A DNA stretch of 64,000 nucleotides from Pavona decussata. Taxonomy: Eukaryota. The first letter of the stretch is position 1. Every line of letters begins with the position of its first letter. The stretch is from NCBI GenBank assembly GCA_977016875.1, contig CDRNST010000080.1, positions 434,001 through 498,000 of the forward strand, written 5' to 3'. Under the pieces are notes generated by a model that worked only from the letters and a program-made list of their open reading frames with translations, searched no databases and was not told where the DNA came from. Made by a program: the position numbers and the translations under genes. Positions 50,601 to 64,000 of this stretch are shown here, in pieces.

Positions 50601-51612
50601 TATTTAATAATAGAGAAATCTTAATAAACGGGAAGCCATTTTATTACAACGAATGGCATCTTAATGGTATATTCTCTATCCGGGATGTTTTAAATGATGA
50701 GGGGAAATTTCTTTCCTACCAGGAATTCCTCCAAAAATACCGTCACCTTAAGTGCAATTTTCTTCGATATTTTCAAGTCCTTGCAGCAATTCCGAAACAT
50801 CTGCGAGAAAAGGCAAGTCAGACCTCGCTTAACAAACGCAAATTCGAAAAAGACAACTTTATATTCTCTCTGTCGCCAACTGTTTCTGTTACTGCTGGGC
50901 TTCGCGTTTCCCAGCTGGGTCCCCTGAGCAGACATTTAGTTTCGGGCATGCGCATAGGTGGCCTTTAATGTTTACCACGAGGGCCACCGAGTTCTTACCT
51001 CAATTTTAAGTTCACTAAGGTTTATTAGTTTTCATGGTTTAAATGGCAGTTAAGTCGACTTTTATTAAGGCCCATCGGTGTAACTGGAATTGCGAGTTTG
51101 TCTCACGCTGCCTCGTGTCGAAATAAACGTTGAAATTTACGGCTGGTTTACATTCGCATCTACAGTTTCAATAAACTTACTCAAGGTGAAAAGCAAAGAT
51201 TTCTATTGGCTTATTACAAAAAAATTTGTAACTAAGGCTACTGGTTCAAGGAAATGGGAACACGAAATTCAGTCGATGAATTTGAGTTGGCCTTGCTATT
51301 TTAGTAAATTGAAGATAATCTGTAAGGAACCTAAACTTAGAGAATTCTGTTATAAATTTTTACATAGAATTATTGTTACAAAGAAGGAATTGTATTACTT
51401 TGGTATTGAAAATAACAAAGAATGTCTATACTGTAATGAAGGTGACTTAGTCTACTTAGTCTATATTTAACATGCCTGTTACAACTTGTGTTTGTGTGTA
51501 CGTTTTTTGTGCATGTGTCCAGTGTTGTGTAACTGTGTGTATTTCTGAAATGTAAAACTACAAATTGTAATCTTGTTATTTCCAATAAAGATTTGCATTA
51601 AAAAAAAAAAAA
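47608..51612 (+). mobile_element. Second copy of the same disrupted L1/Tx1 LINE
   Basis: Same site, TSD ATCCCAGTGC at 47598-47607 and 51613-51622, same lesions and same nested insert. Confidence 0.93.
50887..51164 (+). mobile_element. 278-bp solo LTR nested in LINE ORF2 (unit C)
   Basis: TGT...ACA termini; 5-bp TSD GTTTC at 50882-50886 and 51165-51169. Confidence 0.8.
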
Positions 51613-53154
51613 ATCCCAGTGCGTTAACTTAGGATTTGAATTCTTACTGCCGTTAGTTATTAGCCTTGTCTACAATAAGCTTTCTGCAACTCGTATCAAG
51701 AAAAACGGCTCAAATTCGCGAACAATAGGTATTGTTATAGTTGACCGTGTACGATTTGGGCTAAAACAAAGACTTTTAACACTTTTAGAGAAATTCAATT
51801 TTTTGCTATTACTATTCAGGCGGTAGACTTGATATCTACGGCGAGACCGAAGTAAGGAGCAATTTGCACCCTGGGGGAGGGACAGAGTTTAATAATTGGC
51901 ACGACGAGGCATACTCCAGCTGAGTTGATCGGATAACAATGCAGAAAATTAATAAGATCATTCAGGTGATCATTGCTTCAATAATCGCACTAGTTTAGTT
52001 CTCATGGTTTTTAAATGAGCTTCGTTCTGCGTGAGCAAATGTTTTGCTTTCGACGCACACTCTGGCCGAGTTAATTGGATATCAGCAAAGGACTTTATCC
52101 AGTGCTTCAACAATTGCACTGGTCGAGTTCTCGCGCTTTTAACAGAGAAATTCGTTCAAATCCCGCGCCACAAAAATAATTGTTACGCAAATAAATTGTT
52201 CTCTTTATTCGTTTCTCAGGCGCGGGTGAGAATTTGTCTGCATTGGAAATGAAAGCTAGAATGAAACTAACGAAGCGTTTAACATCTTTCAACAACCGCT
52301 TTGGTTATGATTTTGTAATTTATTAGACTTTAGACCTTGCTCTCAGAACTGTTCAACGACCACAATGAAAAATTCGTCTTTGTGGAGATTCTGTTTTACC
52401 AACATTCTGGGAGAATTTGGACCAAATGTTAAGGCTCGGAACACGTACCCCAAGAGGATTTTCTTCAAAACCGTTGAGTGCTTAATACCACTCGAAAGAC
52501 GGTTACAGAAACTTTTTAAAAGAAAAAAATAATAATAATAAAAAAGCGGGGGGCGACCCCCTCGTTCACCCACCACCATAAATCCGCCCCTGGGCTAGTG
52601 CGATGTTTGAAACCAAGTCGTACTTGCGATTGCCGTGTAGCACGGTAGATATTGCCTTGTTACATGGCATTGTTGACAAGTGGTTTCAATATTCGTGCTA
52701 CCACCATCTCAAACCCGAGGGAGAAAAATTAATAGAAAATTTTCTCGATTTTTACACAAGAACAACATAAAGATTTGATAAAAGAATTAATAAAAAATAA
52801 ATAAATAAATAAATAAATAAGTTCTATCATATAGGAGAAGAGGAGAAAGGTGAAGGGGAGGAAGAAGGTATGAGGATCTTTGCGGTGTTCTTCCTTCCGC
52901 TCATTACAGTTTACATTACGATAATTTGAATCTCACGGCGCGGCATAATTATTGAGCAAGAAGAAAAGCCAAAAACCACTGTTTTTACCAGGCAAAATAA
53001 AGGTTAACAAAAGATGTACTGTTGCACTTAAAGTTCTACTATCATGTCCGGCGATTCTATCACTTAAGGTTTAAGGTGAAGGTTTTTATTATTAATATGC
53101 ACTATTTCAATGGTTTACAACAAAAGGAAATTACAATATATAGGAAAAGTAACA

Positions 53155-53188
<34 letters not shown>

Positions 53189-55657
53189 GCTCGCGCACTC
53201 ATCAGACAGTTTTGTATTCAAAGCTCTACACTAAAAAGGTGTATTGAGCACTGTTTAACGGCTTTAGCCACTTTATTACACATAAGAAAAGTAACATAAA
53301 GAGAGCATTAAATTACATAAATGTGAAAAGTAAAAATATGCGCAATGACTAAAGGAGCTTAGGCTTTTGTGGACACAACTGACTAAACGAAGCGTTTTTC
53401 TTTGAGACTGTTAATAGATCAGCTTTAAAATTAATTTCCCAAACGTACAAACAATTCTGCCATTTCCTAGGAGAAGAAAAACTCTCAAGCCAAGCCGTAA
53501 TCAATCCTTGTTTTGAAATGTACTTATTCGATCCCATGCGACCGTTTTAATGTCTTATTCACCTCACACATCTCACCGCATACATTACACTGTTTAAACT
53601 TTATTTTTGTCACTTGAAAATGATGTCACGGCGACATCGAAACGTTGTACAAAACTCTTATCGCTAATTAACTCTTATCGCTAATTTTATTCTTAAATGT
53701 TTGTCCAAATCTAATCTCATTCCAATATCATTTGTTTGGAAGAACTAGTGATCGAAAAGAGAGCGTGGAGGTGCGGGTGTCATGGTATATCTGACTTGTG
53801 CCATCATAGGTCAAGGTGGGAAGGGTGAGATCGTACATGGACTGAGGCGGCAGTCAGACAAGACGCCTTCACTGAATATGCTGAGGTCCGATCACGTCTC
53901 ACGTCTCTTTTATTTTTTAAATACCTCTTTGAGGGCCTTTTCTTAATTAGGCTTCGATGAAGAAATGACATGGCCAATATACAATACATGGGAGTGGAAC
54001 AAATTGTTTAATTAAAAAGAAAAAACGGAGAAATCTTCCACAGTAGACCTTGCTAATTATATTTTGCAAGCCCGTAGACTAGAACACGATTTAATGGCAT
54101 CTCATTTCTCAGGCAGGGTAAAATGATCGATATCCCATCGGTTCAGGTTTGATTCAATTTTACCACTGTTAACTTCACAAGTTGCTCCTTTCTCTCCGTC
54201 AGTTAAATAAGACATGCGCGAAGTAGCTGGCCGCTTAGACATGAATTGAGGTTCTTTTTTCCGCGACTTCCAGGCAAGAAGTGTGCTCTATGGAATTTGC
54301 TCATTCAACTTTGCAATCAACTGTGTATTCATAGAACAAAGATTCATTAGATTTAGTCAATGCCAGTGTTAGATAGACTACAAAAGCTTCCGAAACGTGT
54401 TGCGTTTTAACTTTCTCGTTTTATGATGCTGTCGCTGGGTGCTTACTGATACAGCAACTTGACTGGAAAGATCTGTGTATTCATCGTCATCTACAGAAAG
54501 CCATAATGGTATACAAGTCTCTATTCCGATTTTTTTTACGTGAAAAACCGCATTGTAATATCTTGATTAGTTTTTGAACGTTCCTTTCTTGTATCTTCGT
54601 AAAACAATAAAAACGAGAGCAAATTAAAGAAATTAAAGAGCGCCGAAGAGGTTGATGTAGGCGCGAAAATTTTTTTAATGTAGCCACTGGAATGTCATTT
54701 TTGAGTTGTTATTTTTAATCACATTCATCTTCATGTCAAAATTTGTCTCAATAATGATATTACTGGCAACACTAATATCGAAACTTCGAATCTTTCTTAT
54801 TCATCTTTTTTTCTTCATGTTTAAAACTTTATATACGTAGTGAAAGGAGAGTAACAAAACTATAGGCTTCAAACTTTTTACACCATTTATCCTGTTGTGA
54901 CCAGTGCTACGGCAGCCAAATGAACAGAGCTGACATTTCCGCTTGAACGTGTCACTTTTACATAAATGGAATAATTTTAGTTGTTGGTAACGAAGGCGTG
55001 CCAGTTGAAACCAAAAACCTTTTGCATTTTGGTTGATTTGTTTTCCCGTTAGCACGTTTTTTCATAACACTAATTGGACATTTTTGCTGTCTCAGTTGTT
55101 TGGAAACTTCAATTCCAATTCCAATGTGCCTTTCGTTGGCGTTTGATACCACTACATAGTTGTAAGGGCATCTATCAAAACAAAGAACAGAAAACAAAGC
55201 TAAAGAATTTTACTTAATGACCAAGAGGAGAAATTAAAAAGAGTACAATCATCGTCTAATTATAACTTTTCCTTTCTCCTATAGTGTTTTTGACCTTGGC
55301 TTTTGAACGGCTGCGCTACCAGTTAAGGTGTTGTCCATCACAATATAATTTGTTATGGTAATCCAAAACGCAATTATGTAATCCCGAAGGGTAAATGAAG
55401 ATTGTACTAACCACTTGCCAAATACATGCAGTTATTTTTTCATCATTAAATTCCAAAAAGGTGTCATGCCTTTTTTCAAGGAAGGGTTATAAAGGCACCA
55501 AAATTAACATTCGGCTAAGTTGGATAGCAAGAGAGACGGAGGTTTATCTTGAAGTCAGAACCACCATCAGAACATTCAAACCTGGAGATACAGTGAACTG
55601 ATTTGATCGTTATAAGGTGTCTCCAGCTTGCGGTATCAAGAAGGTAGCTGGAGAAAC

Positions 55658-58600
55658 ATGAAGGCTGTGATTTTCCTGTGCTGTTTCATTGTTGGAAGTT
55701 ATTCCTCAAGTAATGAGGGTAAGTCAGGATTGATTATAGAACATTTATCTTTCGTACTTGTTTCGCGGTTAGCCTAAAATTTTGTTTTGCGCTTAGGCCC
55801 TAAATTAAACTTGCTTGTAATTGCAAACAGCAAGAAGGCACCAGTGATAGCTTAACTCTCTCCACAATAGATATAGCAGAATTTCGGACACTATTACAAG
55901 TTATTTCTAATCGATTTAAGCTTTTAAATCACTTAAGCAGCTAGCGATATAGCAATAAGAGCCCATTGTGTAAGTATTACACAATTTTGTTGGAATAGAA
56001 TACTAGAATCTATGAGAAGGATTAAAATTTAGTGAAAAACTTTGAGAAATCACACTAACCTGCTAAAACCTCATATAGGCGAACAGCGTACAACGAAAAC
56101 AAATTATTACAGTCTCCTGTACATTAAATTAATGTTAACCTGAATCAAGATGAAAAATTAGCAGCGTTTTAAAATTTTTTCTTTAGTGATTGTGGTTGTT
56201 CTTTGACATTTACGGGATGTATGTTAATCCATTCCTATTTAAGCAGAAGAATGAGATACTTTGTTATGCTGAGTTTTTACGCTTAATGACCTGCTTACCT
56301 TCCTCTTCAGTGTCGTGCACCTTTGACAGCGGTTTGTGCTTGGGATGGAAACAGGGAACATCAGACAAGTTTGACTGGACACTGAGGTCTGTGTCTACGC
56401 CATCCTCTGGTACAGGACCATCATCAGGTCATGGGGGTTCAGGTATGTGTCAATGGACTCTATAAGCATTGTTTTGTTGTCCATTCTTTTGTCCTCTCGA
56501 CCAACAGTGTAAGACTTTGCAAAAACGGTGCAGGTCACCCCATCTTCTTTCTTATCACAGTAATTATTCAATTTTATTTCGACGCTTCTGGCACTCTTCA
56601 CGGAGAGGGTCTTCATTTGACTTTTTACTGGAAGCACGCTGAAAACTTTTAAAAGCTAAATTAAATGTCTGAAAGTATGAGGAAGACGGGAATTTTCTAA
56701 AAGAGAATATAATTAGCGAGCCTCAGAAAACTTAACAAAATTAAGAGGAGTTTGAAATACAAGCCTTTTCTGCTTCACTTCAGATTGCAATGGTAGTTTT
56801 CTCTCAAAACCTCAAAACTCTCAGGGAAGGGAGAACAAGAAGCGCTTACGCAAAAAGGGCGCTTAGAACAGCACTGCTGTGGCTATTAAAATTGGAGCAC
56901 TCGCTAACTTAAACTCATCTTAATGGGACCACTCCCTAGAAACACTCTCTTGTTTGTAAGGAGAAAGTTAGATTTCGAGGTTCCTTGTATTAGTTTGTCG
57001 GTATTAGCAAAAAAGAAAAAATAAGAAATAAGAAGTTCGACTGAAAGAACGAAAGAACTTGTCATTTCTGTTGTTATTGCTTTACTTCGAACTATTTGTA
57101 CGAAATTAAAAAAATACGATGGGTGACCAATTTAACGCCCAACATGGAAGACGCGTCGTACGTTTCGCAAACCCTCTCCAGTTCTCTTGTGCAAATAAAT
57201 GGTGAAAAACAAACACAAAATAATATTATAAAATGTATTATTTATTGAACACCTCCCTCAGGGACGTTTCATTTACCAATGAAATATAAATAGTTATCAA
57301 CTTACCTAATATCGGATGTTACACAACTAAAGTATACATAGAAAAGCAAGCTAAACCCCCCCCCCCCCCAAAAAAAAAAATGAGGAAAATAATAAAAAAA
57401 GTTAAAATAAACTAAAAAAACAGAAACAAAACAAAAAAGCCTAAGGTTTTCTCGTTTTCATGATGAAATTTGGCCAGGGCTGATTTTGATGCGATAGAAT
57501 CAGTCCAAGATGTACACAAAATATCTACAAATGGTAAGACCCAAGACAAGGGAGAAGCCAATAAAATATAATAAAATTAATTTTCTTTCTCCGTTTGATT
57601 TTGCTACATGGAGTTATTAGTTATTTAGCGCTGCTTAAATTAAGGAAATATAACCCCCTCCCCACTCTTTTCCTTTTCTTAATTTAGGAATGTACATGTA
57701 CATTGAGTCTTCGAGTCCAAGGCAGCCAAATGACAACGCCAAGCTTTCATTTACTTCTTCTGGAAGCGGTAGTTTTTGCATGACCTTCTATTACCACATG
57801 AATGGAAGAGATATTGGTGCACTGAAAGTATACAGTGGTGGTCAAATAAAATTTTCCAAGTCAGGAAGCCAAGGAAATGCCTGGAAGAAGGCCGAAGTGG
57901 ATATCACTGCGAGTGGAAGTGTGAGTATCACATACTTTGAAATCCGTGACAAAAAAAGAACCCAGTGTATTTAGCATGTCGGTAAAATGTGATCATCATC
58001 GTGAGTTTAGTAATATAAAGGGCTATTGTTGGTCAATGGACAATCTCTGCGGAAGTGGTCATCAAAGTCAAAGTGAAGTCTTGAGGTGCCAGCGAAGTCA
58101 CCATGAGTATGCGCACAAAGGTTAAGGTTAAGGTTAAGGTTAAAAGGCACAAAGGTTAAGGTTAAAAGGCACAAAGGTTAAGGTTTTTATTATTGTGCAC
58201 TATTTCAATGGCTCACAACAAAAGGAAATTACAATATATAAGAAAAGTAATATAAAGATAGCATTAAATTACATAAATGTGAAAAGTAAAATGTGCGCAG
58301 TGACAGAAACAAACAAACAAACAAACACAAGAACTAACCGACCTCAAAAGGAACTCTTCTAGAGAGAAATCAAAGTGGAGTGGTACGATAACCCATAAGG
58401 TATTTAATTGTTCATACCAAAGAAAACATATATTGACATTGTTAAATTTAGTGAATATATTATATTTTCCACTATTTCCAAATAATCAGAGGTACTTAAA
58501 AATATACTTTTAATAGCGTAAAATTTTAAAGCTAGTGAAAAATTTGGATCTTAATTACCGCCTGTTACGCTTTTAAAGCTTCTGCACACCGCCATTTTGG

Positions 58601-61600
58601 ATTCCATTACGTCATACGGTTCCTCAAGTATTCTACATAAAAGAACTTCTGCTTTCTGACCACAGTGGCAACGGTATAACGGCACGACATCAAAATGTCC
58701 ATGATTATATCCAATTTTAAACTGAATAACGCTAATACGCTATCTTCACTTTTAATATAAGATACTTCTAAAAATTTAACGTGAGTGGAGATTTCCTTTA
58801 AGATACAGGAACAAAAGTATCGCTTCACTGATTAAAAAGTTTTAGTCCAGGTCCAAAATTGCTTAACGCTTTCCTGAGATCATAGGAATAAACGGAGACA
58901 TGGACTTTATTTTTCTCAGACAAATTTTGATCAAAAATCTCAGTTTTAACGGGCGGTCACCATATATGATGGTGCATGTTATCGCGGGAAAAGCATTTCA
59001 GCTAAAATGTTGAGACTTTTGAAATGAAATTTTAAGTCTTAAACAAATTTGGTTTGCTTGCAGACAATGATTTTATGACTCTTTTTAATATTAGGTCCAA
59101 GTAACATTTGAGGGTGTAAGAGGTAAAAGCTGGCAAGGTGACATCGCTATTGACGACTTTTCACTGAGACCAGGAAGTTGCTCAGGTATGCCACCAAACC
59201 CATTACCACCACAAACACCAGCTCCACCAGATGGAGTTTGCGTTCTCTTACGAATCGCTATCTTAACAAACTATTCAGAATATAAGGATAAGGTCCAATC
59301 TTTAACATTTTTGACATGTCAAGCTCTCAATGATACATTTTGTCGCTGATAATTTGGTTTCACTGGTAAAGTTTCTTCCTTCAAAAAGATATATTTTTTA
59401 AAGTAAATGCATTAGTCAAATTCAGAGGCCTCAGTGTAAAGAATTGCAAGAAATGCCGCCTGCCGTGGTAACTTTTTTTAACGTTTTAAACATCTTCCTT
59501 GGTTTCATTGTAATTGAAGTGAAATGAACTTTATCAACATGTCGTAGCTTTTAGCGTACTGGAATGTACGCTAATTGGGGACACTACTACTTTACATCAT
59601 AAAATATACATACGATCGATCAATACTACTATACAGTGCGTTAAAAGACACCTAACTACTTCATGTTATAAAGTATATATAATGATCGATTCTTGCCAAT
59701 ACAACGCAAAAAATCAAGTAATTCTAAAGCCGACTTTTAAAGAGATCAAGGCGGTATAAACATGTTTTTAAAATACTGGTTTGGGACTTCGTCATAGTGT
59801 CCATTAAGATAAATTTCAAACCTTACCAGCAAAGTGATCGTTTGTACTTTTGGTCAAGACTCAGAAGTATCCAACAATTTAACGTTAAAACTCTTCATTT
59901 TTAAGGAGGTTGCGGCTCAAGACCATCTCACTCTCGTATCGTGGGTGGCGAAAACGCGAAGGTTAACAGCTGGCCATGGCAAGCAATGTTGGTCAGTACT
60001 TCCGGTAGGCAGTTCTGTGGAGGGTCACTCGTGCATCCCTTGTGGGTTGTAACAGCCGCGCATTGTGTCAAAGGACGGAGTCCGTCATCTTTGAGAGTGA
60101 AGTGAGTATCAAAAAAGAATCAGTCAGTTACAGTGAATCAAGGATTCTTAGTATTTTCTTGCTATACGACTACCACCATATTAGTTGGTAGTTGGTATCT
60201 AAGTGATAGGGTGCGCGCGATTGCCAATATATTTTGCAGGTCTCTAACATGTGAAAGAAATTAAAATATTTTTGCAGTATGAACGAAGACAATACGTCAT
60301 TGCTAGTTACTTAATGTATTGGAGAAGAAAAAACTTATGTGTTCTAGCTTCCCATCATTCGAGATATATTAATTAGTTGTTCTGCCTAGGACTTGATATA
60401 TGACAATCGTTTTTCCGCTCCACTGTTTCAGCAACTTTAACTGTAGATCGTCTAACCGCGAAGATAAGTAATAAATACTTGTTGAGCTATTGCAATTCTT
60501 TGTAAGCGCGTGTGACATTGTCAGCTGTTTTTAAAGGCGGATAAATTATGGTCATTTCCAGATTTTTCCTTTGTTTGTTGTTTTGCATTCAGACTTTCAA
60601 TCGTCAGTAAATAATTTATTTGATTGCACCTTTTTTTTAGATTGGGAGCTTATTATAGAGTAAGTGGATCTGTGGGAACAGAGCAGACCATCAACGTTGC
60701 CCAAATTATTCCACACGAAAAATATCACAAACCAGTACGCTACGCCCACGACATTGCAATGCTCAAACTTGCTAAGCCTGCTCTTCTCGGAAAAGGAATT
60801 GGTGTTGTTTGTGTGTCAAACCCAAGCAACGTTCTTCCGATTGACAATAAAGATAAGAGGTGCTGGATAACTGGATGGGGAACTTTGTCATCTGGCGGAA
60901 GTCAACCTAATATCCTCCAGCAAGCCTCGGTTCCACTGGTGTCAAAATCACGTTGTTTGGTGGCTTATCCGGGAAAGATTGATGACTCCATGTTATGTGC
61001 TGGTCTGGACAAAGGGAGAGTTGATTCCTGCCAAGGTGATAGTGGTGGACCGCTGGTTTGTGAGTATAACAATAAATGGCATCTGGAGGGTGTGACCAGC
61101 TGGGGATATGGCTGTGCTGCGGCTAAAAAGTACGGCGTCTATGCTAAGGTTGGCTACTTGAGATCCTGGATACTCAGCAAGGTTGGTTCGAACCCACTTA
61201 CTCCTAAACCACTCACGCCATCACCATCTACACAGCCGCCATCACCACCACTACCGAGCACACCACAGCCTCCAACTCCCTCTCCGACACCAGGTTTGTT
61301 TAATAAGAGAAAAATGCACAAACTTAATTGTTCGTTAAATGGGCCATTGAATACCAAGCAGCAAACTTGTTAAAATCAGATTTTTATTAAGGCTGCCGGA
61401 TGATCATCTTATATGTTTCATCTACGTTCTTTTACCCAAGATTATTCCAGCGTCAGTAGATTATTCGAAGAAACGCCAACATCAGTAAAACACGCACAAT
61501 TGTTTAATGACCTTTGACGCTAAAAAATTATACTCGTCAAATGCTGCGCATAAGATTTGAGATGCCTCCTCGAAAGTCATTGATTGAATTTGAGATGGTT

Positions 61601-63911
61601 TGTGTTTGCTTTCACGTTTTCTCGGGGAAATCTGCAAAAATTAATTAACTCTTAAGTTTAATGTCATTCGCTGAGTAAAGAAATGGGTTGATCACTTTTT
61701 TTAGTATTTCGTAAATTTTAGCTTTTTAATGTTTCTGGAATTTTACTGTAGGTTGTGTGGACAATCCAAAATACGCCGACATTTGTCCATCTATTGCCGC
61801 ATGTGGAAACTACTGCAATGCTAATAAAGTTTGGGCAAAGAAAAATTGTCAAAAATCGTGCAACATGTGCCCTATTGGTAAGTGTTTGACTTTTTCGTTA
61901 TATTTCTTGCAGTGCAACGACTAAGGAAATAACGTGTAGGCATTGTTACTTATTGACGAAGGAAAAAGGAACGACCCGCAAACTACAAACACAAATTCTG
62001 CAATTCAGTTGTTTTTTACATTTAGTGAAGAAATGTTTTGATGACTTTTTTAAGTATTCCATAAATGTTAGCTTTTTAAACTTTCTGGAATCTTACTGTA
62101 GGTTGTGTGGACAATCCAAAATACGCCGACATTTGTCCATCTATTGCCGCATGCGGAAACTACTGCAATGCTAACAAAGTATGGGCAAAGAAAAATTGTC
62201 AAAAATCGTGCAACATTTGCCCTACTGGTAGGTGTTAGACGTTGATTATATTTCTTGCAGGACAACGATTAATAAACTGCTTTATAACTCAAACTGCTTT
62301 ATAACTCAAATTTATCAAGGCATTGACCCACAAACTAAAAACACAAATGTTGCAATTTAGTTTTGTACATTGCGCAAGCGATATTTCTTGAGATGCCTTG
62401 TGTTTTGAAGTTTAGTCTTAAAACTTACAGCAATAATTTAATGATTGTTGCAAAGAGCTGTATTAACAGCTGTTATATTATGACAAGGTGTTTTTTATTT
62501 TGAGTTTGTACTTATCTTTCTGAAACGTTTACTCTAGCTTGTGTAAACAATCCAAAATACGCTGACATTTGTCCATCTCTTGCTGCCTGCGGAAACTACT
62601 GCAATGATAACAAAGCCTGGGCACAGAAAAACTGTCCAGAATCCTGTAAAATGTGTCCAAGTGGTAGGTTGTATTCTTTTTTCTTATGATTATGAAATAG
62701 GTTGAGAAAAAAGACTTCATGAATTCTCCGAAAATTCGTCCAATACGAGGCCATTATAGGCTGAAGTTTAGTTGTTTCACTTAGCCGCTTGAGTAATAAA
62801 TTTTTCCAAATTGTGCCGACGATCGAGTTCGTTGACATACGCCTAGTTAGTTTCATTCTGAAGAAAACTACTAATGAACATGGACCCAGGAAAACTGTGC
62901 AATACACTGTAACACAAGTCCTTCGTTTCAGTGTATATACTTAATCATTTAAGGACGTTTTATTGGAGTTAAAACAAATACCTATAATACAAAGTTATTT
63001 ATCTGTCAAATTATCTTTTTGAAAACGAAAAGCAATCAATTAAAACTGCGCGGAGTTCTTGACCACATGGCTGCTGTCTTCAACGGACAATATGTAAAGA
63101 ACAAATCTAAATACAGTGACAAAATGAACACAAAGAGTGCTGATTTCAAGTAGCGGTCAATTAGATAGATCAATGTTATGATATAATATAAACTTGTTTG
63201 GTCAATAAAGGTCCAGCTCCTTCCTCTCCGGCACCTCCAACTCCGCCACCCTCTCAGGTACCTTCAACTCCGCCACCCTCTCCGGCACCTCAAACTCCAG
63301 CGCCCAGGTCATGTGGCAAGTCCCCAGTGACACGTGTTATTGGAGGAGTGGATGCAAAGCCAGGAAATTGGCCTTGGCAGGTGAGGCAAAATGTTTCAAA
63401 TCTTAAACACATTTTTGACCTGAGGCAAACTAAGCCTTTTTGATCATTGCGTTTCAACCAGTCTTGTTTAATTTGTTTCAGTTTACAATTTTACCTGATT
63501 TCAAGTTTCGTCCTACATGTAGCAACAATTAAGTAATTAACCGCTTTCTGCAACAGATTTTCAGATTCGTTACTCGTGACGTATGTTGTTTGTCCAGTAA
63601 AACAACCCGGCATTGCTATAGGATTCGGATATGTTTAACGTTGACAAGAGAGATGACCAACCTTTGTCACGATAGTATCCTAAAATTGGCTCCAGTTAGA
63701 ATGACATCACAGATTGTACTGCAGCCAAGTATTACTGCAGGCAAATAAAGTCGCAAATCTTTATCATGAGTTCCTAACATTAACATGTTAAATTTGGTTG
63801 TCACTCTTGCTAGATCGCTCTTCTTCGCGGAAGCTCCAAGTCGTTTAGTTGCGGTGGATCTCTGATCGCTTCTGATTGGGTTGTCACAGCAGCGCATTGT
63901 ATCTCGACAAC
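55658..63911 (+). CDS. Copy D of the same gene, exons 1-11, cut by the window end
   Basis: Exons 55658-55718, 56311-56442, 57688-57920, 59095-59185, 59906-60101, 60641-61293, 61752-61877, 62102-62227, 62538-62663, 63211-63380, 63814-63911; frame is open throughout. Confidence 0.88.
58120..58299 (-). mobile_element. D-specific ~180-bp insertion with a (GGTTAA)n end, intron 3
   Basis: Replaces ATTAATTCTT of A/B/C. Body matches 16950-17025 plus 17160-17222. Joined through GTGAC microhomology. Confidence 0.7.
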
Positions 63912-64000
63912 GTAAGTAAATGTGGAGGGGTGGCTGTTGTTCTTTCTCTGGTAAGTCAACGAAATTTAAAAAAAAACTTTGGTTAAATCAATAACATGAA

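Larger units (their letters stand above)
1..64000 (+). repeat. Tandem segmental array (3 full units plus 1 partial) with a ~36.2-kb two-gene higher-order period
   Basis: Exon 1 at 118, ~19520, 36308 and 55658. Introns and spacers align between units. A-to-C offset is 36190 at the ATG. Confidence 0.95.

Noticed and set aside
58120-58185. Interstitial telomere
   Set aside because: The unit is TTAAGG, not TTAGGG, and it is attached to a dispersed repeat body.

Overview
AT-rich animal genomic DNA, most likely cnidarian (stony coral or anemone; inferred from gene style and repeat types, not proven). The whole window is a head-to-tail array of one spliced + strand gene, seen four times: A 118-11382, B ~19522-31287, C 36308-47506 and D 55658 to past the window end. 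Hand-splicing copy A gives 14 GT-AG exons and an open frame of about 866 aa: signal peptide, MAM, trypsin-type S1 protease (Asp189), Pro/Thr/Ser linker, three 7-Cys ShKT-like modules, Pro linker, and a second S1 protease of chymotrypsin/elastase type (Ser189, Thr226). Both zymogen sites follow Arg, so the protein looks like an activation cascade in one chain. Units alternate long and short (~19.4/16.8/19.35 kb), forming a ~36.2-kb two-gene higher-order repeat with mosaic sequence sharing. A and C carry the same dead L1/Tx1-type LINE with a nested solo LTR. B has lost its start codon and has its own hAT derivative, Helentron-like element and perfect 56-bp palindrome. Penelope-like remnants with decayed hammerhead-like motifs and a TA-flanked MITE recur in units A-C. 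Most short ORFs in the track are exon read-throughs or spurious.
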